Positions 1 through 10,644 of a stretch of 43,703 nt of DNA are shown here, in pieces. Where the stretch lies: contig JBEGVZ010000088.1 of the NCBI GenBank assembly GCA_041178085.1, forward strand, positions 1 through 43,703. Reading direction: 5' to 3'. Under the pieces are notes generated by a model that did no database searches, was not told the origin of the DNA, and saw nothing but the letters and a program-made list of their open reading frames with translations. The DNA comes from Pseudomonadota bacterium. Its GTDB lineage: Bacteria > Bdellovibrionota_B > Oligoflexia > Oligoflexales > RGVZ01. The translations under genes were made by a program, and so were the position numbers. Every line of letters starts with the position of its first letter. Position 1 is the first letter of the stretch.

Positions 1-774
1 GCCATCGCACGCCTGAAAGAACGCAAGGGCGAGGACCAGGACGAACCAGTGCAGGTCCTGCGCTTTGCCAACCGCGTGCCACTCCAGTTTGACAAAGCCG
101 CATGCGCCATCGTGAAGGCCATCACCACAGTCAACTGGCGCGCTTACGGGCTGCGCCAACCCAAGGATTCACTGCCCCAGGGGCCATTCATCGTGGCAGT
201 CAGCATCGTTTCGCCGTTCATCAAGTTCAAGAATGCATCAAAGGAAACGATTGATGCCTCGGACGAGCTGGTCGAGGAAATCCGCCGTGCCCTGATGCAA
301 GCCGGACAAAAACTTTCCCGTCACATCAACCGGGAAAGCCGGGCCACCGAGCACGAAGAACGAATTGCTCATATCGAGCAGTTCGGGCCAATCCTGATTG
401 ACGGTCTGATCCGCCTGACCAGCGCCGATGAAAAGCGTCGCGAAAAGGCCACCGAGGGCCTTCGCAAGCTCCTCGGCAGGGACGCCATTGAAAGTGAAAA
501 GGCCCTGAAGGTCGCTAAAGAACAAAGTGAAGCGCTGGATGCCAAACGTCAGCGAATCAAAATGTTCCGGGAAGAAGACCAGGCCCTGGAAGTCAAGGAT
601 ACTGAGCGCCGGGCAGCCGAAGAAGCCTCCCTTGCGGCCATGGCGGCCGATGAGACGGCAGACGACGCGGGCACTGCGGATGACGACTCCGGGGACGGGG
701 AAGTTGCCGTGGCAGGAGCAAAGACCAAAAAGAAATCTGCCGCCAAACCGGCAAAGAAGACCGCCAAGAAGTAA
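1..774 (+). CDS. top6B: DNA topoisomerase VI subunit B, C-terminal part (5' truncated by window edge)
   Basis: Frame is open from base 1 (AIARLKERKG...). Transducer-domain motifs LRFANRVPL, VNWRAYGL and PFIKFKNASKETI resemble Top6B. Lies directly upstream of top6A and ends in an acidic then Lys/Ala-rich tail. Confidence 0.9.
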   Translation, partial: AIARLKERKGEDQDEPVQVLRFANRVPLQFDKAACAIVKAITTVNWRAYGLRQPKDSLPQGPFIVAVSIVSPFIKFKNASKETIDASDELVEEIRRALMQAGQKLSRHINRESRATEHEERIAHIEQFGPILIDGLIRLTSADEKRREKATEGLRKLLGRDAIESEKALKVAKEQSEALDAKRQRIKMFREEDQALEVKDTERRAAEEASLAAMAADETADDAGTADDDSGDGEVAVAGAKTKKKSAAKPAKKTAKK

Positions 775-798
775 GGCGAGCAGAAGGAGCACACGATC

Positions 799-1980
799 AT
801 GGCTACCCGTACCACCGGTGGCAATCCGCACCGCAAGAGCAAAGAAGACAAAGTGATCCTCGAACACAGCCTGGAGCTGTGTGAAAAAATGCTCAAGGAC
901 CTGGAAGGCGGAAAGCGCCCCAGGCTGACGGCAACCAAATGCGCCCTGGACAACGCCCTGTACAACCCCAAGGTCGGCTTCCTGACCCCGGGTTCGAAGC
1001 GGGTCGCGACGGAGCTCAACGTCAGTTCGGTAAAGAAGATGTCACGCGCCATCTTCATGTTGGAGATCCTGCTGCGCAACATCGAGACTGGCAACGTCAA
1101 CACCAAGCGCGAGCTGTACTACATCAGCAAGGGTGAAGTGAAACACAGCAAGATCCTGAAGCCCCTGGATTTTACCGACCAGGACGAGTCCGATTCTGTC
1201 GTCGATTTCATCTGTGAGATGCTTGAGTGTTACCGCGAAGAGATGAACTGTTTTGCCAACGACCGCGGTGGGCAGACATACAGCCAGAACCTGGTCGTCA
1301 CGGAAAGAATGCCTGATGGCACCGAGGCTGTGATTGACCTGTCACAATTGGGAACGTCGCCTTTCCAGCCAAAGAACCGCCCCCAGAACCTGACACTGAA
1401 AGCCAAGAAAAAGATCGACTTCTGCCTGGTCGTTGAATCGGAAGGCACGGCAAATACCTTGGTGGCGAATGGTTTCGTGAAGCGGCACAACTCCATTGTG
1501 GTTGGTGCCCAGGGCGTTCCATCCAACGCGGTGCGCGGCTGGGTGAAGCGGATTCAAGATCAGCTCAAAGTGCCGATCTATTTCTTCGGTGACCTTGACG
1601 CGTACACCATGCAAAACATCTTCCGGACACTCAAAGCCGGATCCGCTGCTTCCCTTATCCGCAACTCTGACTTTTCAGCGCCGGATGTTCGCTTCCTTGG
1701 CGTTCTGCCGGAAGATATCAAGAAATACGACTTGAACGATTACCCGGTCAACGAGAGGGACGCGCAAGAACTGCGAGCCCTGAAAAAGGCCCGTGACGCA
1801 CTCAACAACGACCCGTTTTTCAAAGACAAGAAGAACAAGGGGTTGGCGGAAATCCTGCAGTGGCTTATCGACAAGAAGCGTCGCTGCGAACAGCAGGCTT
1901 TCTACTCGGTCGACCCGCGTGACCCGCAAATCGCAGAAAAGATCATCGTCGAGAAGATCAAAAAGGGTAACTACGTTTGA
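799..1980 (+). CDS. top6A: DNA topoisomerase VI subunit A (Spo11/Top6A family)
   Basis: TKRELYY catalytic-Tyr motif; Toprim residues VESEG and GDLDAY; GAQGVPS; C-terminal EQQAF; GAAGGAG RBS upstream. Confidence 0.93.
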   Translation: MATRTTGGNPHRKSKEDKVILEHSLELCEKMLKDLEGGKRPRLTATKCALDNALYNPKVGFLTPGSKRVATELNVSSVKKMSRAIFMLEILLRNIETGNVNTKRELYYISKGEVKHSKILKPLDFTDQDESDSVVDFICEMLECYREEMNCFANDRGGQTYSQNLVVTERMPDGTEAVIDLSQLGTSPFQPKNRPQNLTLKAKKKIDFCLVVESEGTANTLVANGFVKRHNSIVVGAQGVPSNAVRGWVKRIQDQLKVPIYFFGDLDAYTMQNIFRTLKAGSAASLIRNSDFSAPDVRFLGVLPEDIKKYDLNDYPVNERDAQELRALKKARDALNNDPFFKDKKNKGLAEILQWLIDKKRRCEQQAFYSVDPRDPQIAEKIIVEKIKKGNYV

Positions 1981-4900
1981 CCGCAATCTACGGCTTACGT
2001 TCTTTTCTTGATGCGATCACGGAAGCCCAGGGTCGTGCCCGGGTCCAGGTAACTGGAGCCTCCGACAGCTTCATACAACTGGCAGTCCTGGGCCTTCTCA
2101 ATCAAAACAGCAACGCGGCTGGCAAACCCCGTCGCCTTGTTGTCGTCCTTCCCGAAGCGAAAGATGTTGGCAACTGGTCCCAGTTTCTGGACCTGGCCAT
2201 TCCGGCGGCAACGGACGCCCGGGCTGCCATCCTGCCTTTTTTTTCCGGCTGGGGAGCTGACCGCTACATTAACCCGGACCTGTCGCGCCGCCAGCGCGTC
2301 TATGCGCTCAATCTGCTCGCCCAAACGGAAACTTCGGCCGTCATCGTTACAACCTTGCAGGCGCTCGGCCAGGCCACCATTTCACCCGGCGAGTTCAAAG
2401 AGGCCAGCCTCACCGTCCGTGTCAATGAGGAGATTGACCAGGACGAACTTCTGGCGCGTCTGGAGGACCTTGGTTACCGCAAAGCTCAGTCGGTGGAAGA
2501 CGAGGGCACATTTGCACCACGCGGCGCCATCGTGGATCTGTATCCACCTAACGAAGACCATCCCGTCCGGTTTGAGTTCCTGGGCGACATGATTGTTTCC
2601 ATTCGCCAATTTGACACGCGAAACCAGAAATCGACCAATGCGCTTGAATCGGTCGTGATCCGGCCGACGGCTGAATTTATGACACCCCGGACACGCAAGA
2701 AGGAACAAACCCAGGACCTCTACAACTGCCTGATCGATCAGGATATCGAGGCTGCCGATCGCGATGGCATCATGCAAAGTTTTGAGATCGGGATCCGCCC
2801 CTCCGGATTTGACATGTTTGCACCCCTCATGCGCCGTAACCGTCGCGCGACAGCCTTTGATTACCTTGAACCTGGGGATTTAATGGTTTTTCCCCGGCCA
2901 GTTACTTCATGCACGACCTCCTACAAAGAGCACTTGGAGGAAATCCACGAAGCCTGGGAACGCGACCGGGCAGCGAAGCGGCCGTCGCTCGCGCCAGAGC
3001 AGCACTTCCAGCCCCTGGAAATCGTCGGGGTCCTGAAGCAACCCCAACTTGAATTCGGAAACCCTTTTGCGGATCCAACGGCGATTGCCCTGCGTTTTGA
3101 ATCACGGATGGTACTGGAAGGTTCACCTGTTTTCTCAAAAGAGAACCCGGCCGAACTTTTTGACCAATGGGTGGACGCAATCCGCCTGGTGCTCAAGAAA
3201 GAAGAGGGATCCGTCGCTGTCCTGGCCCACCATGACGAACAGCTGGACCGGATCAGCAACTTGCTAAGCCACCGCGGCCTTTTGCCAAAAAAAGTCGAAG
3301 GTTTGATGCGTCAGGTGTGCGCAGGAAAAACTCCGCCGGGGGAAATACTGCTTGGCAAAGGGGATGTTCTTTCCCACGTCTGGCTGCACGACACCAACAC
3401 CCTCGTCCTGCCGGAACAGGCCCTTTTCGGCGTCAAAAAACGACGCCCGAAGCCGCCCTCCGCAAAGCTTCAGAATTACCTGAGTTCCTTCCGGGACTTG
3501 AAACCTGGTGATCTGGTCGTCCACGTCCAGCATGGAATCGGCCGCTACACGGGCATGATGACCATGAGTGTCGCCGGGCTGACGAATGACTTCCTCGTGA
3601 TCGAATATTCCGGCAATGACAAGATCTACATGCCGGTCGACCGTCTGAACCTGCTCCAACGCTATAGTTCGGGCGGGGAGGGGGTCCGCGGTACCGTCGA
3701 CAAACTTGGCGGACAGGCGTGGGAAAAGAAAAAGTCGCGGATCAAGGGCGAGATCAAGGACATGGCCGAGGCCCTGCTCAAGATCCAAGCCGCACGCGCC
3801 CTTGCCGACGTCCACCGTTATACCCCGCCGGGTGATGAATACTTCAAGATGGAAGCCGAGTTTCCCTACGAGGAGACTGAAGACCAACGCAAGGCCATCG
3901 ATGATGTCTTTGCCGATCTTGTTGCAGAAAAGCCGATGGACCGTCTTGTCTGCGGGGATGTCGGCTTCGGCAAGACTGAAGTCGCCCTGAGGGCGGCCAT
4001 GCGGACCGTGCTGGAGGGGGATCAGGTCCTGGTCCTCGTTCCGACCACGGTTCTTTGCTACCAGCATTACCGGACTTTTTCGGAGCGGCTGGCCCGACAC
4101 GGCGTCAAGGTCGGACAGGTCAACCGCTTTGTCGACGCCAAGACCACCAAGTACAACCTTGATGCACTGACTCGCGGAGAACTCGATATCCTTGTCGGGA
4201 CACATCGCCTGCTGTCAAAAGACATCAAGCCAAAGAATCTTGGGCTCCTGGTTATCGACGAAGAACAGCGTTTCGGCGTAACCCACAAGGAAAAGCTGAA
4301 GGAACTGCGCGCCAACGCCCACGTGCTGACCCTTACCGCAACGCCCATCCCGCGGACCCTGCACATGTCTATGCTAGGACTGCGCGACATTTCAATCATT
4401 GCCACGCCGCCCCAGGAGCGCCTGTCGGTAAAAACTTACATCTGCCGCTTTGACGAAAGCCTGATCCGTGAAGCGATACTCAACGAGGTTGCGCGCGGCG
4501 GCCAGGTATTCTTCCTGCACAACCGGGTCGAAGACATCGAGGAAATGCGCCTCTTTGTCAAAAGCCTGGTTCCCGGAATCGACGTCCGCACGGCTCACGG
4601 GCAAATGAAAGAACATCAGCTGGAAAGCGTGATCATTGATTTCATGGAGCAAAAGTTCCCGGTTTTGCTTTGCACGACCATCATCGAGTCCGGGATTGAC
4701 ATGCCAAACGTCAACACGCTGATCGTGAACCGCGCCGAGAACTTTGGCCTGGCCCAGCTCTACCAGATCCGGGGCCGCGTGGGGCGCTCCTCGATGCAGG
4801 CTTATGCCTACTTCATGACTGCCGCCGAAGACACCCTGACCGATGATGCACGCAAGCGCCTTGAGGTTCTCAGTGCGCACCAGGAGTTGGGAGCCGGCTT

Positions 4901-5531
4901 CCAGATCGCCAGCCATGACCTTGAATTGCGCGGGGCAGGTAATCTGCTGGGAGGGGACCAGTCGGGCAAGATCAGCGAAATCGGACTTGAGATGTATACG
5001 GACATGCTCGAGACGGCGATCGCCGAGCTGCGCGGGCAAACTGTGATCGAAAAGATCGATACCGAGATCAAATTGCCACTTACAGCATTGATTCCGTCTA
5101 CTTACATTGCGGCCGAAAACCTTCGCCTGCAGCTTTACAAGTCGATCTTCTCGGCCGGGGATGAGGACGAGCTCCTGGCCATGAAGAAAGACACAGCAGA
5201 CCGTTTTGGCCCGATGCCCGAGGAGCTTTCGCGGCTGTTCCGGGTAGCGACCTTGAAGCGGGGCCTGGCTCAGGCCAAGATGACGTCTCTGGCGATCGGG
5301 GGACGGAATTTCTACGAGCTCAAATTCGGTTCCCTTAACGAACGCCAGATTGATACTATTCTGACAGCGGCCCGTGAACACCCAGACAAATACAGGCTGA
5401 CGCCGGACAGTAAGCTCTACCTGTACGCCCCGACGTGGAGCCAGCCCAGTCCAGCCCAGCAGGACGAAATGCTGGGCAGCCTTGTCGAACTGGTTGAGCC
5501 TCTTGCTGACGCAATCGCCAAAAGGAGTTGA
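1977..5531 (+). CDS. mfd: Transcription-repair coupling factor Mfd
   Basis: UvrB-like RGAIVDLYP; CarD/RID GDLVVHVQHGIGRY; Walker A GDVGFGKT; DEEQRFGV; TATPIPRT; QIRGRVGRS; TRG motif DLELRGAGNLLG. TTG start overlaps the top6A stop (TTGA). Confidence 0.97.
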   Translation: MTAIYGLRSFLDAITEAQGRARVQVTGASDSFIQLAVLGLLNQNSNAAGKPRRLVVVLPEAKDVGNWSQFLDLAIPAATDARAAILPFFSGWGADRYINPDLSRRQRVYALNLLAQTETSAVIVTTLQALGQATISPGEFKEASLTVRVNEEIDQDELLARLEDLGYRKAQSVEDEGTFAPRGAIVDLYPPNEDHPVRFEFLGDMIVSIRQFDTRNQKSTNALESVVIRPTAEFMTPRTRKKEQTQDLYNCLIDQDIEAADRDGIMQSFEIGIRPSGFDMFAPLMRRNRRATAFDYLEPGDLMVFPRPVTSCTTSYKEHLEEIHEAWERDRAAKRPSLAPEQHFQPLEIVGVLKQPQLEFGNPFADPTAIALRFESRMVLEGSPVFSKENPAELFDQWVDAIRLVLKKEEGSVAVLAHHDEQLDRISNLLSHRGLLPKKVEGLMRQVCAGKTPPGEILLGKGDVLSHVWLHDTNTLVLPEQALFGVKKRRPKPPSAKLQNYLSSFRDLKPGDLVVHVQHGIGRYTGMMTMSVAGLTNDFLVIEYSGNDKIYMPVDRLNLLQRYSSGGEGVRGTVDKLGGQAWEKKKSRIKGEIKDMAEALLKIQAARALADVHRYTPPGDEYFKMEAEFPYEETEDQRKAIDDVFADLVAEKPMDRLVCGDVGFGKTEVALRAAMRTVLEGDQVLVLVPTTVLCYQHYRTFSERLARHGVKVGQVNRFVDAKTTKYNLDALTRGELDILVGTHRLLSKDIKPKNLGLLVIDEEQRFGVTHKEKLKELRANAHVLTLTATPIPRTLHMSMLGLRDISIIATPPQERLSVKTYICRFDESLIREAILNEVARGGQVFFLHNRVEDIEEMRLFVKSLVPGIDVRTAHGQMKEHQLESVIIDFMEQKFPVLLCTTIIESGIDMPNVNTLIVNRAENFGLAQLYQIRGRVGRSSMQAYAYFMTAAEDTLTDDARKRLEVLSAHQELGAGFQIASHDLELRGAGNLLGGDQSGKISEIGLEMYTDMLETAIAELRGQTVIEKIDTEIKLPLTALIPSTYIAAENLRLQLYKSIFSAGDEDELLAMKKDTADRFGPMPEELSRLFRVATLKRGLAQAKMTSLAIGGRNFYELKFGSLNERQIDTILTAAREHPDKYRLTPDSKLYLYAPTWSQPSPAQQDEMLGSLVELVEPLADAIAKRS

Positions 5532-5533
5532 AA

Positions 5534-6544
5534 ATGCAGCTGTCGGACATGAAGCGCAGGCTCTACTGGGCGGGAGGATTTTTTCTCAGCGGAATCATCA
5601 TCTGGTTCATCCTAAACGGGCACAAGATCACCGATGTGAGGGAGCGAGGCATCCCCACCTTTGACAACCTGGAGCAAGGCACGACGCTGGTAGAAGTGGC
5701 CGGTGTCCCGATCACCAGCGACGACCTCGAATGGGAATACCGGTTTCACTTGAAGGGAATCCAAGGTGCGGCAGACATGACGCCCATACCGGACCTGGGC
5801 ACGAAGATGGAAAAAGAGTTGAGTCCCCTGAAGCAGAAGCTTCTTTCTGGCATGGTGGAACGCAAGGCTCTCTTCAAGTACCTGCAACAAGACCGGAAAT
5901 TCGACGTCGAGGACCCATCAAGGTTCACTGGATGCCTTAAGGAGTGGCAGACTACTCTGGAGATGATTCCTGGGGAATTTCCAACCAACCGGTCCAAGGA
6001 ACTGTTGAAAAGCAGGCTCTGCGAACGGTCAATCATCATGCAGTACCTTGAAAGCAGGGTGCTGCCGGCCGTCGCTCCAACCGATGCCCAGATCACCGAA
6101 TACTATAAAAACCATCTTCCTGACTTCAGGGTACCGCCACGCGCGGTGGTGCGGCAGGTGGTCCTCGCCAACGAAAACGACGCCAAGTCAGTCAAACGGG
6201 AAATCAACCAGAACAACTTCGCGGATCTGGCTAAAAAGCACTCCATTACCCCCGAGGGTGAAACTGCCGGCGGCAAGGTCGGCCCTTTTGCCAAGGGTGA
6301 GGTGCCGGCCATATTCGACGTGGCCTTCGAGATGCAGCGCGGCCAGATCAGTGAAATTCTAAAGTCGACATACGGATTTCACATCATTATGCTCGAGGGC
6401 AAACAGCCCAGGCGCGAGCTGAGCCTTAAAGAGGCAACCCCGAAAATCCGGGCCATCCTGTCAGCAAGGCGCAAGGATGAGGAATACCGAAAATGGCTGG
6501 AATCTGCCCTAAATTCAGTGCCGATCACCTCACCAAGGTCCTGA
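5534..6544 (+). CDS. Membrane-anchored parvulin (PpiC/PrsA-type) peptidyl-prolyl isomerase
   Basis: N-terminal TM helix; rotamase motifs FADLAKKHS, GGKVGPF and KSTYGFHII. ATG 5534 follows AAAGGAG; TTG 5528 is an alternative start. Confidence 0.85.
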   Translation: MQLSDMKRRLYWAGGFFLSGIIIWFILNGHKITDVRERGIPTFDNLEQGTTLVEVAGVPITSDDLEWEYRFHLKGIQGAADMTPIPDLGTKMEKELSPLKQKLLSGMVERKALFKYLQQDRKFDVEDPSRFTGCLKEWQTTLEMIPGEFPTNRSKELLKSRLCERSIIMQYLESRVLPAVAPTDAQITEYYKNHLPDFRVPPRAVVRQVVLANENDAKSVKREINQNNFADLAKKHSITPEGETAGGKVGPFAKGEVPAIFDVAFEMQRGQISEILKSTYGFHIIMLEGKQPRRELSLKEATPKIRAILSARRKDEEYRKWLESALNSVPITSPRS

Positions 6545-7518
6545 CCGGTTTTCACGGCCGCAAGGCTTTGGGCTTGCTCTTGGCAGCCGCCGGCGCTTGG
6601 TCGTTACCAGCACTTGCAGCTGAAGAGCTTGTTGATCGTGTGCTGGGATCTGTGGATGGCCAGGCCTTTCTGTATAGCGATGTGATGACCAAGGTGAAAA
6701 CGGGTCCTCTCGTCGTCATTTCCGAGTACCCAGCTTCGGATCAGGCAACTCCTTTTGAACGCGCGCTCCAGGACACAATCAATTTTCAGATCGTGCTCCA
6801 GAAGGCCAAGGATCTTGAAATCGAAGTCAGCGACGACGAGCTGGACGCCGAGATAAATGAATTCCTGCAATCCCGGGGATTGACGAAAGAGGGTCTTGAA
6901 CGCTTCCTGGCTGCGGAAAAAAAATCCATGGAGCAATACCGGGAAGACCTGCGCAGCAACATCGTCGCTGCAAGGTTCCAGCGCCGGGTCATTGTTCCGC
7001 TGATCAAGGTCACTGACAAGGACCTCGAAACGGCCTACCTCAAAAAGTCCGGGAGCACGTCGGACCTGGTCGAAGTAACCCTCAGGCAGGTTGTGATTCA
7101 GATCCCGGAAACTGCCGGGGGAGTTGTCGCAGATGCCAAACGGTCCCAAGCGAAGGAAGCGCGCGCCAAGATTGACGCCGGTGTTTCCTTTGAGGATGCG
7201 GTAAGGCTGTACTCAGACTATCGCCAGAAGGCCGTCAGGGGCGGGCTCATGGACCCCGTTCGCCTGCGCGACCTGACCCCCCAGATTCGACGGGAGATTG
7301 AACGCCTCGATACGGGTGATGTTTCGCAGCCGGTCGAGATCGGCTCCTCAATCTATATTTTCAAAGTCGAAGACCGGAAAATCTCCCTCGGCAAGGACAT
7401 GCAAAGAAAGAAACTTGAGCTGGAAAATGAGATCCGCAACGCGGAGCTGCAAAACCAGCTCAGGCGCTGGCTGGCCGAGCAACGTCAACGGTCGCGCATC
7501 GAAGTCATCGAGAAGTAG
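6493..7518 (+). CDS. surA: SurA-like periplasmic chaperone/PPIase
   Basis: Signal peptide ending ALAA; SurA-type N-terminus LVDRVLGSVDG; EVSDDELD; parvulin-like SFEDAVRLYS..GG..VSQPVE. True start is probably downstream of 6493. Confidence 0.75.
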   Translation: MAGICPKFSADHLTKVLTGFHGRKALGLLLAAAGAWSLPALAAEELVDRVLGSVDGQAFLYSDVMTKVKTGPLVVISEYPASDQATPFERALQDTINFQIVLQKAKDLEIEVSDDELDAEINEFLQSRGLTKEGLERFLAAEKKSMEQYREDLRSNIVAARFQRRVIVPLIKVTDKDLETAYLKKSGSTSDLVEVTLRQVVIQIPETAGGVVADAKRSQAKEARAKIDAGVSFEDAVRLYSDYRQKAVRGGLMDPVRLRDLTPQIRREIERLDTGDVSQPVEIGSSIYIFKVEDRKISLGKDMQRKKLELENEIRNAELQNQLRRWLAEQRQRSRIEVIEK

Positions 7519-8599
7519 TCCTTGCGCGCCAGCTGTCCAGCAGCACCACCGCAAGCAGGATAACGTTTGCTGCCCAGGCGCTCGCCCAGGGTGTCAAATT
7601 ACCCCTGCGACCGAAGGCCAAAAAAGCATTCAAGAGAAACCAGTAGCTCATCCCGATTCCGAAGGCAGCGAGGATGCTACGAGCCGTTTCCGCGGTTCTT
7701 TCGGACGTATACATGAATTTCAGACCCAGCAGGCTCACGACCAGGGCCGCGAAAGGGAAAGCGAATTTCAGGTGGTAGTCCACCTGCAGCGGCAGGATGT
7801 CCCGACCTGAATTCTCGGATGATTTAATGAGAGCGCTGAGCTCCCTCTGGCTCATCTCAGAGGGCAGGCGTCTTTCCTTGCGAAGCTTTTTCACGTCAAT
7901 CGGAAGGTTCAAGCGCAGTTCCGGCTGCTTGAATTGCCGGGCAATGCTGCCATCCACATTAAAATCCGTCGTGATCACGTCCGCCAGCAACCATGACTGG
8001 CTGCTTTCCAGGCTGTGAGCGGTGCGGGCTTCCAGCGCTTGGCGCGGTGCAAAGTTGTCGTACACGCGAGAGATGCGGACATGCTTGAAACCCCGACTTT
8101 CCATGTCGTAGTGGCCAAAATCATAGATCGTGTCACCCTGGGAAACCCAGCTGACACCCTGCGCAATTTCAAACGATGGCACGCCTTCAATCTGGACTTC
8201 CTGGACGTAATGCATACGATCTGACGTGACCGGAACGATGTATTCGTTCAAACACCAGCCAAGGGCAGCGAGCATGGCACCGCCGCACAGAAGAGGCGCA
8301 GCAAGCCGGACCGGTCCAATTCCCACGGCCCTCATGGCGGTCAATTCGTTGCTCCGGCCCAGCAGGACCATGCAAACGACCGAGGCAAGCAGGGAAGCGA
8401 TCGGCAGTGCCTGAAGCACCTGGGAAGGCATCTGGAACACGTACATTTTGAAAATCAATTCAGCCGATGGCTTGTAGCGGGGGAAGTACCGGGTCGTCCG
8501 GTGGATGAAGTCAAAAAGGACGAAAAGAAACAAGCTCAGAACCAGGGCGCCGGTCACGTACTTCAGGTAATCACGCAAAATATATAAAAATAAGCGCAC
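7505..8599 (-). CDS. lptG: LPS export ABC transporter permease, LptF/LptG family (LptG-like)
   Basis: YjgP/YjgQ signature LPIASLLAS..GRSNELTAMRAVGI; 3 TM helices, a periplasmic domain, then 3 TM helices; KFAFPFA; AWAANVIL. Confidence 0.8.
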   Translation of the reverse strand: MRLFLYILRDYLKYVTGALVLSLFLFVLFDFIHRTTRYFPRYKPSAELIFKMYVFQMPSQVLQALPIASLLASVVCMVLLGRSNELTAMRAVGIGPVRLAAPLLCGGAMLAALGWCLNEYIVPVTSDRMHYVQEVQIEGVPSFEIAQGVSWVSQGDTIYDFGHYDMESRGFKHVRISRVYDNFAPRQALEARTAHSLESSQSWLLADVITTDFNVDGSIARQFKQPELRLNLPIDVKKLRKERRLPSEMSQRELSALIKSSENSGRDILPLQVDYHLKFAFPFAALVVSLLGLKFMYTSERTAETARSILAAFGIGMSYWFLLNAFLAFGRRGNLTPWASAWAANVILLAVVLLDSWRARTTSR

Positions 8600-8610
8600 C
8601 AGTCCCCAAG

Positions 8611-9045
8611 TCAGCCCTTCGCGGGCTCGGTCATGACTTCCTGCGACCTGATGGCCGATGCCATGACCACAGGAAGGCCTTTTTTACCATTACCCACCAC
8701 CCCGAGAACCTTTACGGTCTTTCCATTGCGGGATCCGATGTCCGGCAACACGTTCGGGTACTGGGTCAACACAACAAGCATCCGCGCGGACTCGTCTTCG
8801 AGAACAAAGTGCGTGTGATGTTTACCGGTATCGACGACCCGCCCCTCGATCATGACCTTCTGGCCCCGCAACTCCTCGAGACCAAGATGGATCTCCTTGA
8901 GTGTCAGGGGACGGTAGGAAGAAAAAATGAACCGCCCGTAACGACTAAAAATCGCGCGGTCGAGGGTATTGATTGGTGACTCGTCGGCCACACAACCACC
9001 CAGACACACGGACAGCAAAGCGGCAGCGATGAACCTGCTTTTCAT
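8611..9045 (-). CDS. Lipoprotein with probable OB-fold domain, function unknown
   Basis: MKSRFIAAALLSVCLGGC lipobox. Pattern GQKVMIEGRV..HFVLEDES..GKTVKVLGVV resembles OB-fold strands. GGGGAGG RBS before ATG 9045. Confidence 0.6.
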   Translation of the reverse strand: MKSRFIAAALLSVCLGGCVADESPINTLDRAIFSRYGRFIFSSYRPLTLKEIHLGLEELRGQKVMIEGRVVDTGKHHTHFVLEDESARMLVVLTQYPNVLPDIGSRNGKTVKVLGVVGNGKKGLPVVMASAIRSQEVMTEPAKG

Positions 9046-9094
9046 GAATCCCTCCCCGGTGCACCAACCCATAATTTACCAAATCCCGGGCGAT

Positions 9095-9127
9095 AAAAAA
9101 AACCCGCAGGACAAAATCCCTGCGGGT
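9095..9127 (-). terminator. Intrinsic terminator of the ribosomal protein/alpha operon
   Basis: Stem ACCCGCAGG/CCTGCGGGT followed by a T-run on the - strand, about 80 nt downstream of the rplQ stop. Confidence 0.85.
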
Positions 9128-9205
9128 ATTCTTTCAAGACCAGACTCAAGCAAAGCCCACTGCGTCAATTATATGACAGAGCGACCATGCAAAGCTGGCT
9201 GCCAA

Positions 9206-9577
9206 TTACTTGGCGGACACCTTGAAATCAACGAACTCAATCGTCGCAAGCTCTGCGTTGTCCCCAGCGCGGTTACCGCGACGAAGGATACGGGTGTAAC
9301 CACCCGAGCGTTCCTTGAAGCGGGGAGCGAGGTCGGCGAAAACCTTAGCCACTGCATTGTCATCAAAGAAGAAGCTGGCAGCCTGGCGACGTGCGTGGAG
9401 ATCTCCCCGCTTGCCCAGGGTAATCAGCTTCTCGACCACGCTGCGGAGTTCTTTTGCCTTCGGCAAAGTGGTGTCGATGCGCTCATGGAGAACCATCGAG
9501 GTCGCCATGTTGCGCAGCAGCGCCTTCCGGTGAGCCGTCTTGCGGCCTAGTTTGCGGTATCCAAAACCATGGTTCAT
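9206..9577 (-). CDS. rplQ: 50S ribosomal protein L17
   Basis: [30 protein letters not shown]; follows rpoA. Confidence 0.98.
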   Translation of the reverse strand: MNHGFGYRKLGRKTAHRKALLRNMATSMVLHERIDTTLPKAKELRSVVEKLITLGKRGDLHARRQAASFFFDDNAVAKVFADLAPRFKERSGGYTRILRRGNRAGDNAELATIEFVDFKVSAK

Positions 9578-9598
9578 GACACGTAGCTCCGTGACTCT

Positions 9599-10609
<1,011 letters not shown>

Positions 10610-10644
10610 GGCGCTTTTCTCCCGACAATATCAGGACAACAAGA

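Noticed and set aside
3264..5381. 313-aa and 329-aa ORFs antisense to mfd
   Set aside because: Mirror-frame ORFs fully inside a clear mfd gene.
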